Origin: Eledone cirrhosa
Taxonomy: Eukaryota
Length of the DNA: 64,000 bases
Assembly: GCA_964016885.1 (NCBI GenBank)
Contig: OZ024740.1
Span: forward strand, 372,310,001-372,374,000
Direction: 5' to 3'
The notes beneath the pieces were generated by a model. The model made no database searches, was not told the DNA's origin, and worked only from the letters and a program-made list of their open reading frames with translations. Position 1 is the first letter of the stretch. The number at the start of each line of letters is the position of its first letter. Shown here in pieces: positions 14,432 to 31,837 of the stretch. The position numbers and the translations under genes were made by a program.

Positions 14432-14945
14432 TGAAATGCGAAGTCTTGTGGAACTTTAGCATCCAAACAGACCGAAAAATAGATGCAAATAGACCTGATA
14501 TAATATTGAAGGACTTTCAAAGGAGGGTATGCCTGCTAATTGATATGTCTGTTCCAATAGACAAGAATGTATCTATAAAAACATTTGAAAAATTGAGCAA
14601 GTATAAGGACCTGGAGATAGAAATTGGAAAAATGTGGAAATTGAGAACTAAAACAATACCAGTGGTTGTAGGCGCTCTGGGAATGATACCTAAGGGGTCT
14701 AACGACTACTTATCGCAAATCCCAGGAAACCCGCGTATAGGAGAAATACAAAAGATAGTACTAATGGGAACTGCCCATATACTAAGGAAGATCCTGTCAA
14801 TATAAGTACATCACAAGTCTAAACACTAAGGATGCATGTGTGAATATGTATGTTCTTTCTTGAACATGGCGGACCTTGTTGTCTCTTGAGGTCACTGGTT
14901 GTGACTTGGTGATAACTCGTATAAACATAAAGCAAGATAAATGCA

Positions 14946-14978
<33 letters not shown>
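14432..14978 (+). mobile_element. 3' fragment of an R4/Dong-clade non-LTR element (restriction-like endonuclease) with (TAA)n tail
   Basis: LWNFSIQTDRKIDANRPDII..LIDMSVP..EKLSKYKDL..IPVVVGALG..EIQKIVLMGTAHILRKIL; stop at 14805; (TAA)n at 14946-14978; the first ~25 codons of the listed ORF come from an antisense SINE fragment (14355-14435). Confidence 0.85.
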
Positions 14979-14979
<1 letters not shown>

Positions 14980-15665
14980 CTTTTTTTATTAACCACAAGG
15001 GTTGACATAAAGTATAACATTAAGGATAGCACAGGACGGTACAAGATGGTAAAAATGGACATTTATGCGCATAAAGAAAAAAGAAAAACAATAACAAAGG
15101 AAATGACAAAAAAAAACAAAGGTCAATTCCCCAAAGGGGGGAGACTTCCGAGGGACACTCGTGGAGAAAGCCCATTAAAAAAGCCACTGTGACCCTGACC
15201 ACTAGGGCAAGTACCCTCTCCCAGTTTTCCACCTCCAATTTACAGGCCCATACTCAAAGCAGGCCCATTTACTCGGGCCATGCTTGCCTCTCTCACCCAT
15301 CTTTCAAAAAATTGCTGGAAAGGGAGCACTTCCCTCTCCACCCTGATTTTCCTTTTCAAATGAAATTTGGAAAAGTTAATCAAGGTATCACCGAAGAGGT
15401 AAGTGCTCGTCTTCAGGCCTTTCAAACGCCTCCGCCATACTATCGCTTTCGCCATGGCCACCAGACAGATAAAAACTGCCTGCCCTTCCCGGCTAAAGGA
15501 AGAGGGCGGGTCAATCCTCACGATGGACTCAGCTGATAGCCGGATCCGTCCTACACGTGACAGGAGGTGTTCGACATAAACCCACAACTCAGCAATGGTC
15601 GAACACTGGACGAGTGCGCACAGGACGGTTTCGTCGCCCTGCGCGCATCTCGGACAGGTCCGACT
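14979..15665 (-). mobile_element. 3' fragment of a Tx1/L1-clade LINE related to the element at 46770-51069
   Basis: WVYVEHLLSRVGRIRLSAESIV..EGQAVFICLVAMAK..KIRVEREVL parallels LWRYVERLLSRVGPIQLTTESIV at 50490-50560; shared ccttgtgg.taataaa 3' end. Confidence 0.85.
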
Positions 15666-17907
15666 GACTGTACGTGTAGTGTATCGTTCTGTATTGGATA
15701 TGTATCAAGTATAAAGTTAAAGCAAAACATATCTATTATAAGATATATCCAGAAATGTTACATACATTTCCTTGGTGAAAAAATGTGTTTGCCATATTTG
15801 AGGATTATAAATCTAATTTTGATTGTTTTTACGTTTAACCCAGGATCGTTATAAACCATATAGACTACGGCCCCAGAGTAACACAATGGAATACACTAGA
15901 ACAAAAAGCAAATGATTTTAAACAGCCCAAAGTAAATATTTACACACATAAAGAATAACAGAAAACTGTGGTATTAGTCTGATCATGGACAGAGATATGA
16001 CAAAATAATAACAGTATCACAAATGCTCAATCACTCGTACAAATAACATTTGTCAACAAAAATAGTTCTTAATATTTCATGAAAATTATGAATTTAGATT
16101 TGACCTTTACTAGCACCACGAGTAAGGGAAGAGTTCTAGATATGTGCCATTAAACTGAAAGCAAAATATTTTAGTGGCAGCTCGATGCTGTTTTTAACAA
16201 ACAGCCATCCAACAAACACGTGGCAGGAGGAAAATAACTTACTTGAGCCTTCACAGAATCAACAGGAGGTGTGAATGGTTGTACGTGGAGAAAGCTTTCT
16301 TGTATCAAGCAGTTTAGCTCATATAAATTTATAGTTGAAAGCCGAGGACAGAAGGGGAAGGCAAGATGTGCTACAGGGTCATTGGAGAATTCGTAGGATC
16401 AATGTTTAGCAAAGACGGCCCACATGATCAATACCGATATGTGGTAGGTTGAGGACTCTATGGACATAGAATTATGGTGATATCCAAACAAAGTGTTCCA
16501 GTTGTTCTGACAGAATTGAGGATTGCCAGGGCATGGAAAAAAGTCCTGATGCAACACATGTTGCTAAAAGACCACACTGGCGGTTTATAAGCTTTCCAAG
16601 GCCCTACACTTTTAAAGTGTGTCAGTTATGTCTCACATTTCAGATTCAATACTAAACATTCTGCTCATTTATTCCACTCCTAAACAAATCCTCTGAAATG
16701 TTATTCCCGTCTATGTATATTTTCTGCAGATTTCTGCAAAATGTCCATACATTCCTTCGCATACTTATATGCAAATCATATCTATTTTATGGAGTTTCGT
16801 TATACTTTGGGTGTTTTTCCTGTTTAAACTGGAGTGGGATGCTAACCTAATGACTTTAGACCGGCAAAATAGGTAGGTTTTATGCCACTGACGTTTCAGT
16901 TACAGAGTGATAGCGGCAATAAAATCATAAGCAAAGAGGTAATTGCCGCCACAAAGAAGGAGTAGAAGCAAGAGTTAGTGTGTATCTACTGTAGAAAGGG
17001 GAGAAGGGTCCACAGTGTATCATTGAACATGCTTGGAAGATTGATGCTCTACTAACAGTAGAAAAGACAGAGAGATGCAAAGCCTGGAATGTTCATGCTC
17101 AACCTCACACCAATAGGTGAAGACAAGCTTCGAGAAGCAGAATTCACTGTTAGCAATAGAAGAGACAGAAAGATAAGAATATTATATGCTCATAAGAAAT
17201 CAATAGAGTGACGTTTTTGTGGTGTGTGGATAAGAAGCGCCTTCCCAGTCGTGTGGGAAATACACTTTTCTGGATCTCATCTGAGCTTTGCAATTTGGTA
17301 GTACTTGTAAAATGAATTTTATCTTTTTTATCTATGATTACGAAGGCCAGATCTCTTAGATAAAGCATTTGCTACCTTGTGTACTAGTGCTAACCATTAT
17401 CTGAGATCATATAAATATGAAGAAAGAAAAGCAGATGATACAAAATATACTTAATTATATTTAGTTTCACTATCTCTGTCTATCTCTATTTCTGACTGTT
17501 TCTCTCTCTCAATATATATATAGAAAGAGGAAGAGAGGCAGAGAGAGGAAGGCGGGGGAGGAGAAACATATGTTCATGTTATTTTTAATGTGATGGATAT
17601 TTTCTACGAGGATACTTATTAAGTCGTTTCATGACATATATAGCTGTACTTTTACTACCACTGGCATACTCTCAACGACCTCTTTTATTTGTCTTAAACA
17701 AATAATAATTTTGAATAAATTCAAAAGAGAGAGAATAGAATTATAAAACCAGTCATAAAATCAATATGTTGATACACACGGTTCCCTTATGTTTCTAAAA
17801 TTCTGGTAAAAATTCATTCAAGAGTAGCTGAAACTATTTGAATAGAAATTAAATCAATAAAAGTTGATAGCATACTGTATGTGCAAAACATAGAATGTAG
17901 TTGCTAT

Positions 17908-18022
17908 AAAATAGCTTATAAAAATCGGTTAAAGACCCCTAGAGACGGCAAAATATTGCAAGCGGCAGCTGGCAACGTCCCTCCGCCTACACGGTTCTTT
18001 AGCTGATTTTTATAAGCTATTT
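17908..18022. repeat. Short palindromic element (MITE-like hairpin)
   Basis: aaatagcttataaaaatcggttaaaga ... tctttagctgatttttataagctattt; weak relative at ~37791-37830. Confidence 0.55.
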
Positions 18023-18639
18023 CACAAGTAACTGTAATTGCAGTTATTTTCTGCATCTGAGCTTGCTACATTTACTTATGATTTTATTTCATCGCCGTTG
18101 AGTAAGTTCAAATTTTGGAGCTGTAAACACGACGTTTGTTAATAGAATTTAGTAATGTTGTGGATTTTTATTTGAGTTTCATCTCGGATTGTTTATATAA
18201 TAACGATGCATATTTATTTCAAGAGATTTCCGTTTACGTGTAGGGAGGGTTATATTCAAATTTCTATTTGAATATTTAAGTGGAAGTTAATCTGCTTTCG
18301 TATGGTGAGTCACTATGAATTCTCCACATACATGATAGATATGTCTCTCATTTTAGAGATAACCAGTAATGTATCAGATGTATATTCCAAGGTCGATAAA
18401 ATACAGTACCAAGCAAGCACTGAGTTTGATTTAACCAACTATACTCACCCCTCAATATGCATTGTCGTTTCTAATATTAGAAATCATTATTCTATGTAAC
18501 TGGAATAATAATTAGAGGATATGATAGATAATAAGACAAATGTTTATTCTATCTTTTTAGAGGAGTTATATTTCCATTTAAAAATATATGATTGGGATTA
18601 ACATTTCCATTGACGTCTAATGCAGATAAATAATGGTTT

Positions 18640-18830
18640 TTAATTTAGGCACAGGATCAATCAATTTGGGAGTGTGGGCGATTAATTTGACGGCAGCACT
18701 TTACTGGTACTTTAGTTTATCGACGTCTGAAGGATCAAAGGCAATTTTGACCTCGGTAAGATGTGAATGAAGAACGTAGAAAGTCGTAAGGAAAAACCGC
18801 ACAACATTCCGCTCGACGCTCTAACCACTC
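18640..18830 (-). mobile_element. Degenerate Meta-like SINE
   Basis: actggtactttagtttatcgac...aaggatcaaaggcaattttgacctcgg matches the SINE core. Confidence 0.6.
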
Positions 18831-19377
18831 TTTGGTCAGATGAATAGTATCAAATAGTATTGAATTAATATAATACACTTCAGAGGTGATGGGAGCCTTT
18901 CTGAATGTCGTAACTAGTTTAGCTTTTTGCACTCTAAAATGGTCAGAAAACTTCGATATGCGATAAACATAACATGTACATAAATTGTAACGCATATCCA
19001 AATAGATCTGTGTTTTGGTAGTTTGGCGAGAACATATAATTATTAGAGGGGGCATGACATCCACCCCCATCCCAGTTTCACCGCCACTGTATATATGTAT
19101 ATATATATAAAGAAAAAAAGATGAAATCGAAAATGCAACTGGAGTCTTATTTAAAAAATATATATATATATTTATTTGGTTCCTTTACCATTTTCGCAGT
19201 TCTTCTGCTTTTCAAAAGTAGAGTGGAGATGGAGGGTCTGTGGTTTTTCTTACATCTGTGTGTGTATTTAATTTTAAAAAAAATATGCTCTGTGCTTTTT
19301 CCTAAGGGGTTAATATATCGAGCCTCTTCGCATTTGGTAAGAAACTGGTATTATACCCAATTTTTCATCTCCTATAT

Positions 19378-19530
<153 letters not shown>

Positions 19531-21828
19531 CACATATAACCAAAATAATTAAATTAAGGAAGTCATGTTCCACCACCCCTGCAGTTAATATATTCTTACA
19601 AAATATGGTGGTGAAAAGTAATGTTCTAAGTGTATAGACCATGAGGATTGTTAATGGACTTACTGATACTGTTCTCTTTTCTTTGTGTCTCTAACGAAAA
19701 TGCAAACATGTAAGACTACACGGTCGATAGAACTATTAAATATAGCAGCCATATCATCCTTAAATTATACCCTATTCTCTTCAATTAGCTAGGAAACATC
19801 GATTAGTGTAGCCCAGTACTTGAAAAGAAAAATAGACTGAATAATCCCATATGAGATTTTTTGATTCTAGATCTACTTTATCAGGACATATAAGGCTAAA
19901 CAGCAAGGATACTAAAAACTGAATTAATTTTCAGAAGTGTATATTGTTCATAAAGGAATGTATTCACTGAGTTGATACGTCATGCAAATATAATTTTCAG
20001 TGATATGTCCGCATCACATGTATAATTCAACGTTATTTTTACAATTCAGGGGAAAATAGCTTTTTTGTTTTTATTCAGAGTATCCTTTCATGCACTGTTA
20101 CGGTAGAAATATAGTTCATAATAATAGAGGGAGAAAATATTGCTAAAATTGAATGGAATTGTATGTTCGTTTGTTTATGTTAACACTATCACGAAGTTTT
20201 TAGTGTGATTAAATGAATGAAAGGATTTTAGATAGCAGAGTGTTTGCAGATAAAGAAAACGAATGGTGAAAGGAAGTAAGAAAAAGAAAAAAAGCGTATT
20301 CATGTGTTGAAATATGTTTATGTTATTGTGGATATAAGTGATGGGGAAGTGAAATAGGCGAAAAACAAAAGGATGCTATAAGATAGTGTTAGTGAGAGTA
20401 AGTGAAATGGGTAAATGTGATTATAACAGTATGGGAGAATATATTGCAAAAAGAAACAAAAGCCGCACGCCTATACATATGAAAACTGAGAGCAGCAAAA
20501 TGAAATAAAATTAAATAAAATAAATAAACAACAAAAAGGAGAGAAAGAAAGGTGGAGAGAACAGGACTAGGAAACGAAGAGAATGAGTAAGTGCGCTAGA
20601 TAACTATGACAAAAGAAAATGAAAAGAGACAACAGTAAAAGGTAGAAGGAATTTAGCCAAAGGTGATGTGTTAATTATGAGACATATTTTGATTTATCGA
20701 GTCACAGTTATTTTTACCCAAATAATAAACTGCAGTTGGTTCATTGGTGAAAGAAATAGAATAGAAACGAAAAAAATCCAAAATACGAAAATATGTTTAT
20801 CGGGTTATAATTAATGGGAAAATCGATAGTACTATGAATATAAATTCACTTAAATAATTTAAAGCGGTATCGCAAACTTTTAATCTGCAGGACGTTCGCA
20901 TTTGAAGTCATTGATTTAGCAATTCTACTGTTATAAACAACAACACTAATAACTAACCAAGCAAAAACAAACGGCAAAAAAGAGAGAAAATAAGAAAAAT
21001 AACACAAAATTCTTTGACGTTCAAGAAGTTTGCATTTTGTTTGTAAAATTATAATACTAATACTAACTTCTAGCATTCTATCATGAATATTTGAACAACA
21101 AACTATAGAAAATAACATTACTTCTGTAACGACAAGAAATGCATGAATCATTGTTATCTATCTGTTTGTTTTGCAACAAAATAAGTGTTGTTTTTTTCTA
21201 ATTATTAGAAAACAGAGATAAGGTTGAGTCTGAAAATACCTGAATTCAAATAAGTGAAGTAAAATGTTGTTGCTTCCGGAGACAATTGTAAACCTCATGA
21301 TAACACAAACTGACAATATAATAAACGTCGCTTATACATACTCCTAGATGTAAGAGTTGGCAAAAGCTTTCATGATTCATACCGCACTATCAATGGGCAT
21401 TATATATAACTATAAATATGTATACGATGAATCGGAAACACCCTTTTCTTTGCTGGAGTAATGTAAAGTACACTATATGGAGACACAAGCCTTCAGTGAT
21501 GTCTTAATACAATCGATTGAATAACAAACTTCATTATTATCAGTAATAAATTAACGCTGTGTTAAAGTTGTATACATGTTACTATACAAATTACTGTTAT
21601 GTCGCGATTATGTTGTGAAAAACGTTTGTGAGATAGAAGGTCTCAATCAATTAAAGTTTGACGCTCAAACAGCTTTATGTATAAAACAAAAAACAAAGCA
21701 AACTACAGCTACAGGTGGTGCGCTGACAAAGCACTCAATGCTGCTACGAGGTCGGTCTCATGTTGGGTCGTTTTCAACGCGGCTGTAGTTTGCAGAGTGT
21801 CATTAGATGTGCCTTCGCACTTATTCAC

Positions 21829-21921
21829 TGGCATATCCGAGGAGTCGCCTAAGAAGAATCGTATCCCATAATTATGATTGTACCCTGAACTGATCGATAT
21901 CGAAACAATTGCAATATGCCA
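21829..21921 (+). ncRNA. Degenerate hammerhead motif
   Basis: Perfect 8-bp stem I tggcatat/atatgcca, CCGAGGA core, GAAA-CAATTG palindrome; cleavage triplet reads GCA (non-canonical). Confidence 0.5.
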
Positions 21922-22312
21922 ATAAAGCACTGCCTTCGATTCTATTTATTATTTTCGAATGAATTTGGCACTTTGTTAACTACCTATGCAACACATCCAA
22001 CATATATTTATATGGTGGTTGTCAATATGGCGTGGTACGTTGTTCAAATAATTAAATACGCCACAATTCGAGTCATTATTGGAACAACATATACCTATGA
22101 CACACACATACGCACACAAATATATATAAAATAAACATACACGTGCTTTTTCTGAAAACTGTTCCGTTTCTTCCTCTCCTCACTTTCCTCTAACTTTTTA
22201 TTTATTCTTTTATTCCTCATTATATCTCCCGAGGAATGACTAACGTCCCAAACATTAGAACATTATTTTGATTCTATCAAGTATTAACCTACTATATATC
22301 GTCGTCGTACTG

Positions 22313-22354
22313 TATCATTTGCTGTGTTGATTTACGTTTACTTTTAGCAAATAA

Positions 22355-22448
<94 letters not shown>

Positions 22449-22498
22449 ATTTGCGTGTATGCTAAAAGTAAACGGAAATCAACACAGCAAATGATATA
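22313..22498. repeat. Inverted repeat centred on (CA)n(TA)n(TG)n
   Basis: tatcatttgctgtgttgattt.cgtttacttttagca mirrored by tgctaaaagtaaacggaaatcaacacagcaaatgata. Confidence 0.8.
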
Positions 22499-24714
22499 TA
22501 TATATATATATATATATATCTTCTTATGATATGGTTATTTTTCAAGATAGAGCACAGCTATTTTCCAAGTGATTCCATTTACATTTCTCAAATATATCAC
22601 ACCATGTACGCTCTAATAATCATAGAAAATGATTGGAAAACAATCGATTTTCTCATCCCATAAAATATATAAGATTTTGGGTTATTTTCGAAAATCAAGT
22701 TTCAAGCGAATCATATATACATAAAAAAATTAGCTTTAAACTAGATTAAATATATAATGAAGAACCAACCATAATATTAAACTATGTGTTTGTATATTTG
22801 TTTTTATATATCATTGTCTATAACCCTTACACGTTTGCATACACAAACATACTCATTCAGAAACACATGCCCACAATGTCATGTTGCAACAATAAGAGGA
22901 CTGCTTTCAAATTACAGGATCCTGCGATCTAACCACCCATTTGTCCCTGTAAATAATTATTTATTTAGAGATACTCATACATTTAATCTTGTATGTCATT
23001 TGTACGTATATGCTGAATATTTAATTTTATTATATCCTAGATATATATTATGAAATATCATTCTAACTTTTAATCATTCCGATGTGTCAGTAATTACCAT
23101 AAATTATAGAGCTCCCCATGCATTCAAACCATTAATTTATTGAATCACAATTTTCCCACTTTGTATGGTTTTTCATACGTCTGATAACCCTGGCTTAAAT
23201 GGCATATCAATCTAGGACACCAAAAACAAAATATGTATAACGGTATTGCTGTCATTAGGATGTGTCATTATAGACGACAGTTGAATATATTGACATATAA
23301 GGATGTAAGTGCTAGACCATGTTTTTGTTTGAACATTTCGACATTGGCCAAAATTGGATTGCCAATTGAATCCACTTTAATTAATGATTGGCAAAGAGGA
23401 ATAAGGTCACCGATTTCCGTTTTCCTACTGAAAACAGACAGGGTCGGTATGTTAAGTTGTTATTAGATGTCCTTCGGTTCTGACGGGAGTGTTTTAGTTG
23501 TTCGAACAACTGAACATCTTGCTTGTGGCAGTAATATGCAAGTGGCTGAACATGCCACAGACAAGTGCATCCGTGGCATATTTCTAAGGTTATGTTATAA
23601 GAGTGGCCAATTGAATTACATTTACAACCTATTTTTACCAGTTGAATGAAGTAGAGAAACATGATGTAAATTATCTTCTTTAAAGGTACAACGCGCCACC
23701 AGTAATTGAACGCACAACGATACGATTATGTACCGAACTCACTATATAATAATCTACGCGACTTCACCCATGCTTTATAAATGTTTAAATAGTTACGTTT
23801 TGCAATGTAGGTTTATATACAACGCTACCAACGCTAATAATTTGCTGAATAATGCTGAACCGGAGATATTTGATCTTATGCCGCTGGAAAGGTGAGTTAA
23901 TAACTCAAAGCAATGGATTCGGTACGAGACAAATTTGAGTAATTTGTAGGGCTGCTTACCAAATTTCTGGATTTGCTGTGCCACTATTAAGTACATACAT
24001 TTAAAATAGACATTCCATCCGGTTTTATACTAGATGGATAGGTTATTATCAGAAATGTCATTATATTTCAAAATTCTTTCACCAGCTAAGATGTGTTTTC
24101 AACAATCTTTTAGATGAAATCTCTTCTAGAGTAGTGCCACAAGTAAGAAGATGGATTAATTTCAGCAGCTTAAAATATTTAGTATGTGGAATGAGATCTA
24201 CTTATTCCCATATCCTTAGATTTTATCCTTTTTGAATAGGAAAATGATCCCAGGTCTATAGCTTAGAGATGAACACAGCGTATTATACAACGTTAATATT
24301 TCGTTTGAATTGCATTAGCGGTGAATATAAACAATGATCAATAAATAACGACAGCCATGATCATGCTACATCAATATGATTTCGTTTCTGTCAAAGAACT
24401 ACAATGAAAGCAACAATATAAACATGAGCAAAACATCAGCCATAATAATCAGCATTCATGAAAAATATCATATATTATTTGAATGGTTCGTAACCATTGT
24501 TATTTATTATTAGATTATATACTTTTTTTTATAAATAAAGAGCAACTATTTTGAAATTCTAAATTGCTAGATGAAAATCTGTGCATGAACCGAATAAGAG
24601 TGTATTTAGAAAGACCCAAAAGCCCAGAAAGACAACAATGTTACTGCAGGTTGATGATCAATAGATATGTGGAAGATGTACACATACGTACATACATGCG
24701 TATCTTTGGCTGAA

Positions 24715-24745
<31 letters not shown>

Positions 24746-24779
24746 ATGATATATATTACCCACATTCAGATTATATTGG

Positions 24780-24935
<156 letters not shown>

Positions 24936-25281
24936 GGTGGGGGAGAAATGCTGGGTATTTGTGAGTGTTTGTATAGACGTATTCACTCAGAAATGTAAAC
25001 ATTAAATGAATGTTTAAAATGAATCAGTAAGAGGGGAAAGTAGAAAGTAAATGAGAAAAAAGTAACTGAGTAGAAAAGTATAATGTTATGGATATAGAAG
25101 TTATAAAAGGCTAGAGACAAAAAATAATAATAAAAGAAATGGATTATATTATTAGGAAGAAAATAAAGGATATTTCATACGGCAATAAATTCTTAAATGG
25201 CGTTCCAGCATGGGATATTAAATGTTTAAAGAAGCAAAACCCAGATAGATACATAGATTAGTATTATTAATGGGCAAAACA

Positions 25282-25316
<35 letters not shown>

Positions 25317-25609
25317 CATGTTTGTGTGTGTGAGTGTAAAGAGAGCGAGAGAGAAATTAAAGCATAGATAGGGTGAGCGTTAGTGGGAGGGTGATACAAA
25401 AAGAGAGAGAGAAACAAACAGAAGTATTTGTTGGGTTAGAATGTGGCTTGTAGATGGGTAGATATATGTATGCATAAATACATTCGCATAGCCATATGAA
25501 TGATATTTGTACAAGAGATTAATTGTAAGAAAAATACAGAAAATTGTTTGAGCGATCGACATGAATAGCGAAGGAGTGAAAAAAATTGAGAGTGGAAGAG
25601 AAATATATT

Positions 25610-26935
<1,326 letters not shown>

Positions 26936-27093
26936 CAAAAGTGAATTGGTTTGAAAAAGAACAGTAAATTGTAGCTAGAAACAATTTCCTTGAAGAGAAA
27001 GATAAATAGATGAAAATAACTTAATTATATTCTTTCAACATGATAGCTTCATAATCAAGCGGTTATGCAGATGATTTGATAGAGGCACGCATG

Positions 27094-27210
27094 TATGAGT
27101 AATACATATATATCTATATCGATATCTATGAACGCATATATATATATATACGTAAAGATACTAAAATATCTTTAGATATGGAGCGAAATAAACCTTATCA
27201 TATGTATGTA

Positions 27211-27256
<46 letters not shown>

Positions 27257-27368
27257 TGCATACATATAAGAAGGCCTATTTCGCTACATATTTAAAGATA
27301 TTTTAGTATCTTTCCGTATATATATATGCGTTCATAGATATCGATATAGATATAGATATATTACTCAT
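27094..27368. repeat. Inverted repeat centred on a (TA)n tract
   Basis: tctatatcgatatctatgaacgcata..aaagatactaaaatatcttta.atatg.agcgaaata mirrored at 27265-27368. Confidence 0.8.
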
Positions 27369-27451
27369 ATATTATGGAATACTGTTGGCTTCTTCCTACA
27401 ATAATTTCTATACTTTTCATTCATTTATATATATATATATATATATAGGTA

Positions 27452-27482
<31 letters not shown>

Positions 27483-27509
27483 ATATATATATGTATATAT
27501 ATATATATT

Positions 27510-28200
<691 letters not shown>

Positions 28201-29745
28201 CCGCTACAGAGTTAAGAGCAAAGTAAATAAATACAATACAGAAGTAATAGAAATAAATAAATACATACACGCAAACAAATACGTACATACACAAGCATAC
28301 GCAGAACACTTACCATCGGTATACAAAAGCACGCACATATAAATATGTGTGTATGCGTGTATACAAATAAATAAATAATTATATAAACGTATATAAATAA
28401 ATAAATACGTATATAACAAGCGCACACACATACCTACATGTAAATACACGAATGTTCGGAGACGTAATCACAATCATACATGCAGTCACATATATTCCCA
28501 TATACATTCAAATATATTATATAACTGTCCTAAGGTTATATTGCAAAACATTGATTGTTTCATAGGAACTGTTTGTAAATATGTATACTGTATATATCTG
28601 GTAAGATCAACGTCACTCAGTCGCGAAAAGTAAGGGAATAGTAATGCATTTTATTACGTTCAAGTCCTAGGTAAAGCATGGTTTGAATTAAATCTATATA
28701 CAGATGTATTATAGGTAATATATACACTCCGCGCTGAAAATGTTAACGAATAATAAGTGTACAGAAAACGGAATAAACCTGTAGCATTTTATATATCTTT
28801 TATAAATGTATTTAACATTATAACATATGAAAAAATAAACGCTATTATTGCAAACAGACAATTATTCGGAACAGCTCGGTTTATGCGGAGCATCAAAAAC
28901 AGCTTAATGTGGAATACTGCACACCACTTTGCTATAATATATATATATAAATAACTGTTATAATAGGGAACTATAGAGAGTGGTAGAATAATGCGAAGGA
29001 AATTCTATTGGACACGGAATACGAGTGATGTGTCGTTCGATTTAATGCTAGTAAACCATATAAACGCAACCTTGTAATTGCCTTTAGGCAGCTGTCCATA
29101 TGGTTTCATATAGAACATAATTCTCCCCATTGCATCGAATCTATATACTGGAAAATATTATTTTCGAGCATTGAGGCAAATCACGCATATTCAAGAAGGA
29201 AAGGCAGTGTAGACCACTATGGAATTTTAACTCAGAAGCTAAATGATTATAATATCAGATGAGGTAACCACTCTGATCTTGGAAATATTATTTTCCAACA
29301 TTGGCAAAATACATGTAATTCACAGGGTTATTATGATCAGTTACTTCAAACTGAGCATTTCACTTATATATTATTTTATCGACTGCGGAATGAAAGAAGG
29401 TGAGGTTAAACTTGGAGGACCTGAACTCAGAAAAAACCTTCTCTGCAATCACTGTTATCATGAGTGAGCTCTGCAAGATGGAATTGTTATTTCGACGCAG
29501 CTCCCTCACTATCCTTCGGATTAACGCTCTCTCCATTCAGTCTGCTGGGGCCACGAGGTTCTACCTTGGTTTCTGCACGCCAGAGAGCGTTCTGGCACCG
29601 TCAATGCTCTCTGATTGAGGTAACAATGATTGAGTATTCTTTCTCATATTTTTTTCGTATTTAATTTCAGTGTTGTATTACATACTATCGACTAATGTTC
29701 CTTGTTAATACTGTCAGGAAATAAGTAATAACTTTTACTAATAAT

Positions 29746-29958
29746 TGTTTCTACTTTAGGCACAAGGCCAGACAATTTTGGGAGGGTAAAGTCGATTAAA
29801 TCGACCCCAGTGTATTACTGGTACTTTATTTTATCGACCCCGTAACGATGAAAGGCAAAGCTAGCCTCGGCGGGATTTGAAATCCCACCGTAAACGACTG
29901 TAACTCCATGCTGCAAAGCATGGTGTCCGACTCTACCGATACTGCCAATGCACTGCCG
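29746..29958 (-). mobile_element. Meta-like SINE, full length
   Basis: A/B boxes and core; 13-bp TSD ttttactaataat at 29733-29745 and 29959-29971. Confidence 0.85.
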
Positions 29959-30845
29959 TTTTACTAATAATAAAAGATACATCTACAATTGGTATTTCTT
30001 CGCCAATTGATTCGAACGTAATTCACTTTATTCTTTGTCTTAAAATAATGTTAAAACGAAAAATATTTAATTCGTATAGAATTGTAAGATTGCCAGTTAG
30101 TTGCGGCCATTTTTTGGGAAGGCACGAGGTCAATGTGATAGGTTTTACGATTCATAGATATAAGGTCATGAATTTGATTTTCGTCGTGTCATTCTGTGCT
30201 TGTGCATGACATCTTATCTCACGTAGCATTTAACTTGGAAAAATGAGTCGTATCGGTAAATGGAACGCCCAGCCTTTGTATGCAATTCCTCCCACTGAAT
30301 CTTAAGTAGAACTGCGTTAAAAGTACAAATGACTGGAATGATTTACCACCTACATGTTCATTTCACGAGCAGGATATATGGTGATCCTATAACTCGTCAT
30401 GAAAACCGATTGAGTTCTAACACACACACACTGTATAGACATACCCCCCCCCCCTGCCCCGTCCCCACACACACAACGTGTCTTTGTAGTTTTTGTTGAT
30501 ACAAATCACGTTTGAATAATCACACAGCCAAGTAGATATGAACCAATCCACAAGTATGTTAGTTATTTCCGTTATCCTGAAATATTTCAAGGCGCAACAA
30601 CATCATGGAAACAAATGTTTTTTTTTCTATTAAATAAATGAAAGTTTCAATTGGTGAATCTTGTAGACGGTTAGTCTAATAGTCGATACAATAGCAGCTA
30701 AATAATTTAGAACTTTTCCAGGGTCACAATTAATTGTAAAATATATTAGCGATTAATTGATCATTCTTTATTAGTTGAAGAAATTAACGGAGATAACGAA
30801 GCACGCTTATTTTATACACACATACACGCCCACGTATAGACACAC

Positions 30846-30876
<31 letters not shown>

Positions 30877-31356
30877 TGTATGTATGTATGTATATTGACA
30901 TTTTAAATATTCGGGAATTACATTTCCACACAATGAAGTGGCTGGCCGAGTTTACTCATTAACCTTGTGCGGTATAAATAGACGGATTTCTTTTGCATGT
31001 ATTGAAATGAATAACACCTTGTGTAATTGTATCCCTGTATTTGATTTCTTTATTCTTGACCTATATATGTTGTGTACATCCAAGGTGTTGTATCTAATAC
31101 AGATATTGTTGTCAAACGTCGTTTAACTCAATGATATAGAGCACTTTCAGAGGTACGGAGTTCAATAACAGAAAGCGATGCTGCCCACACTATTCCTTCT
31201 ATAGTTGTATAGTTGTGTGTGTGTGTACATACATACACACACACCGAAACACATGTTTATATGTATATATACCTTTATTCTTTTACAGCATTACTAGAGG
31301 TTGCATTTATATATATACATATATATATATAAATAAATAAATAAATAAATCAATAA

Positions 31357-31427
<71 letters not shown>

Positions 31428-31436
31428 CATATACAT

Positions 31437-31469
<33 letters not shown>

Positions 31470-31657
31470 CACATAAACAAATAGTAAAAAGGAAAGAAAT
31501 ACACTAGAAAATGTTAGAGGGATTTTTTAGTATAACATCAAACACTTATTTATAAAGTAGGGAGTGCCGCATCTAATCGTGTACCGGTTTCAGCTTTATA
31601 TGCTTTTTTAACGACGGAAGTATATAGTGCAGTTAAATTGCATATTTATACGAATAA

Positions 31658-31837
31658 AAATTGTTTATACTTTTGGCACAAGGCCACCAATTACCCAGTG
31701 CTTTACTGGTAATTTATATTATCGATCCCGTAGGGATGAACGTCAAAGTTAACCTGGACGGGATTTGAACTCAAACCGTAAAGGGACGTAACTATGCTGG
31801 AAAGCATGGCGTCCAACCCTCTACCGATATTGCCAAT
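31658..31837 (-). mobile_element. Meta-like SINE
   Basis: Colinear with 9838-10018. Confidence 0.8.

Noticed and set aside
14356-14805. 149-aa ORF with a signal-peptide-like N-terminus
   Set aside because: Chimera of an antisense SINE fragment and an R4/Dong 3' fragment, not a host gene
16100-17400. Possible ancient LINE remnant
   Set aside because: No intact diagnostic motif visible
22225-22262. CCGAGGA-atgac-taac-gtcc-caaac, and similar partial motifs at ~13750, ~32365, ~37570, ~45020 and ~55980
   Set aside because: Too many core mismatches or truncated; cannot be distinguished from chance
29460-29620. GC-rich segment ending gag|gtaaca, a possible exon
   Set aside because: Partly resembles 270-310 of this window, so more likely an old repeat; no recognisable protein
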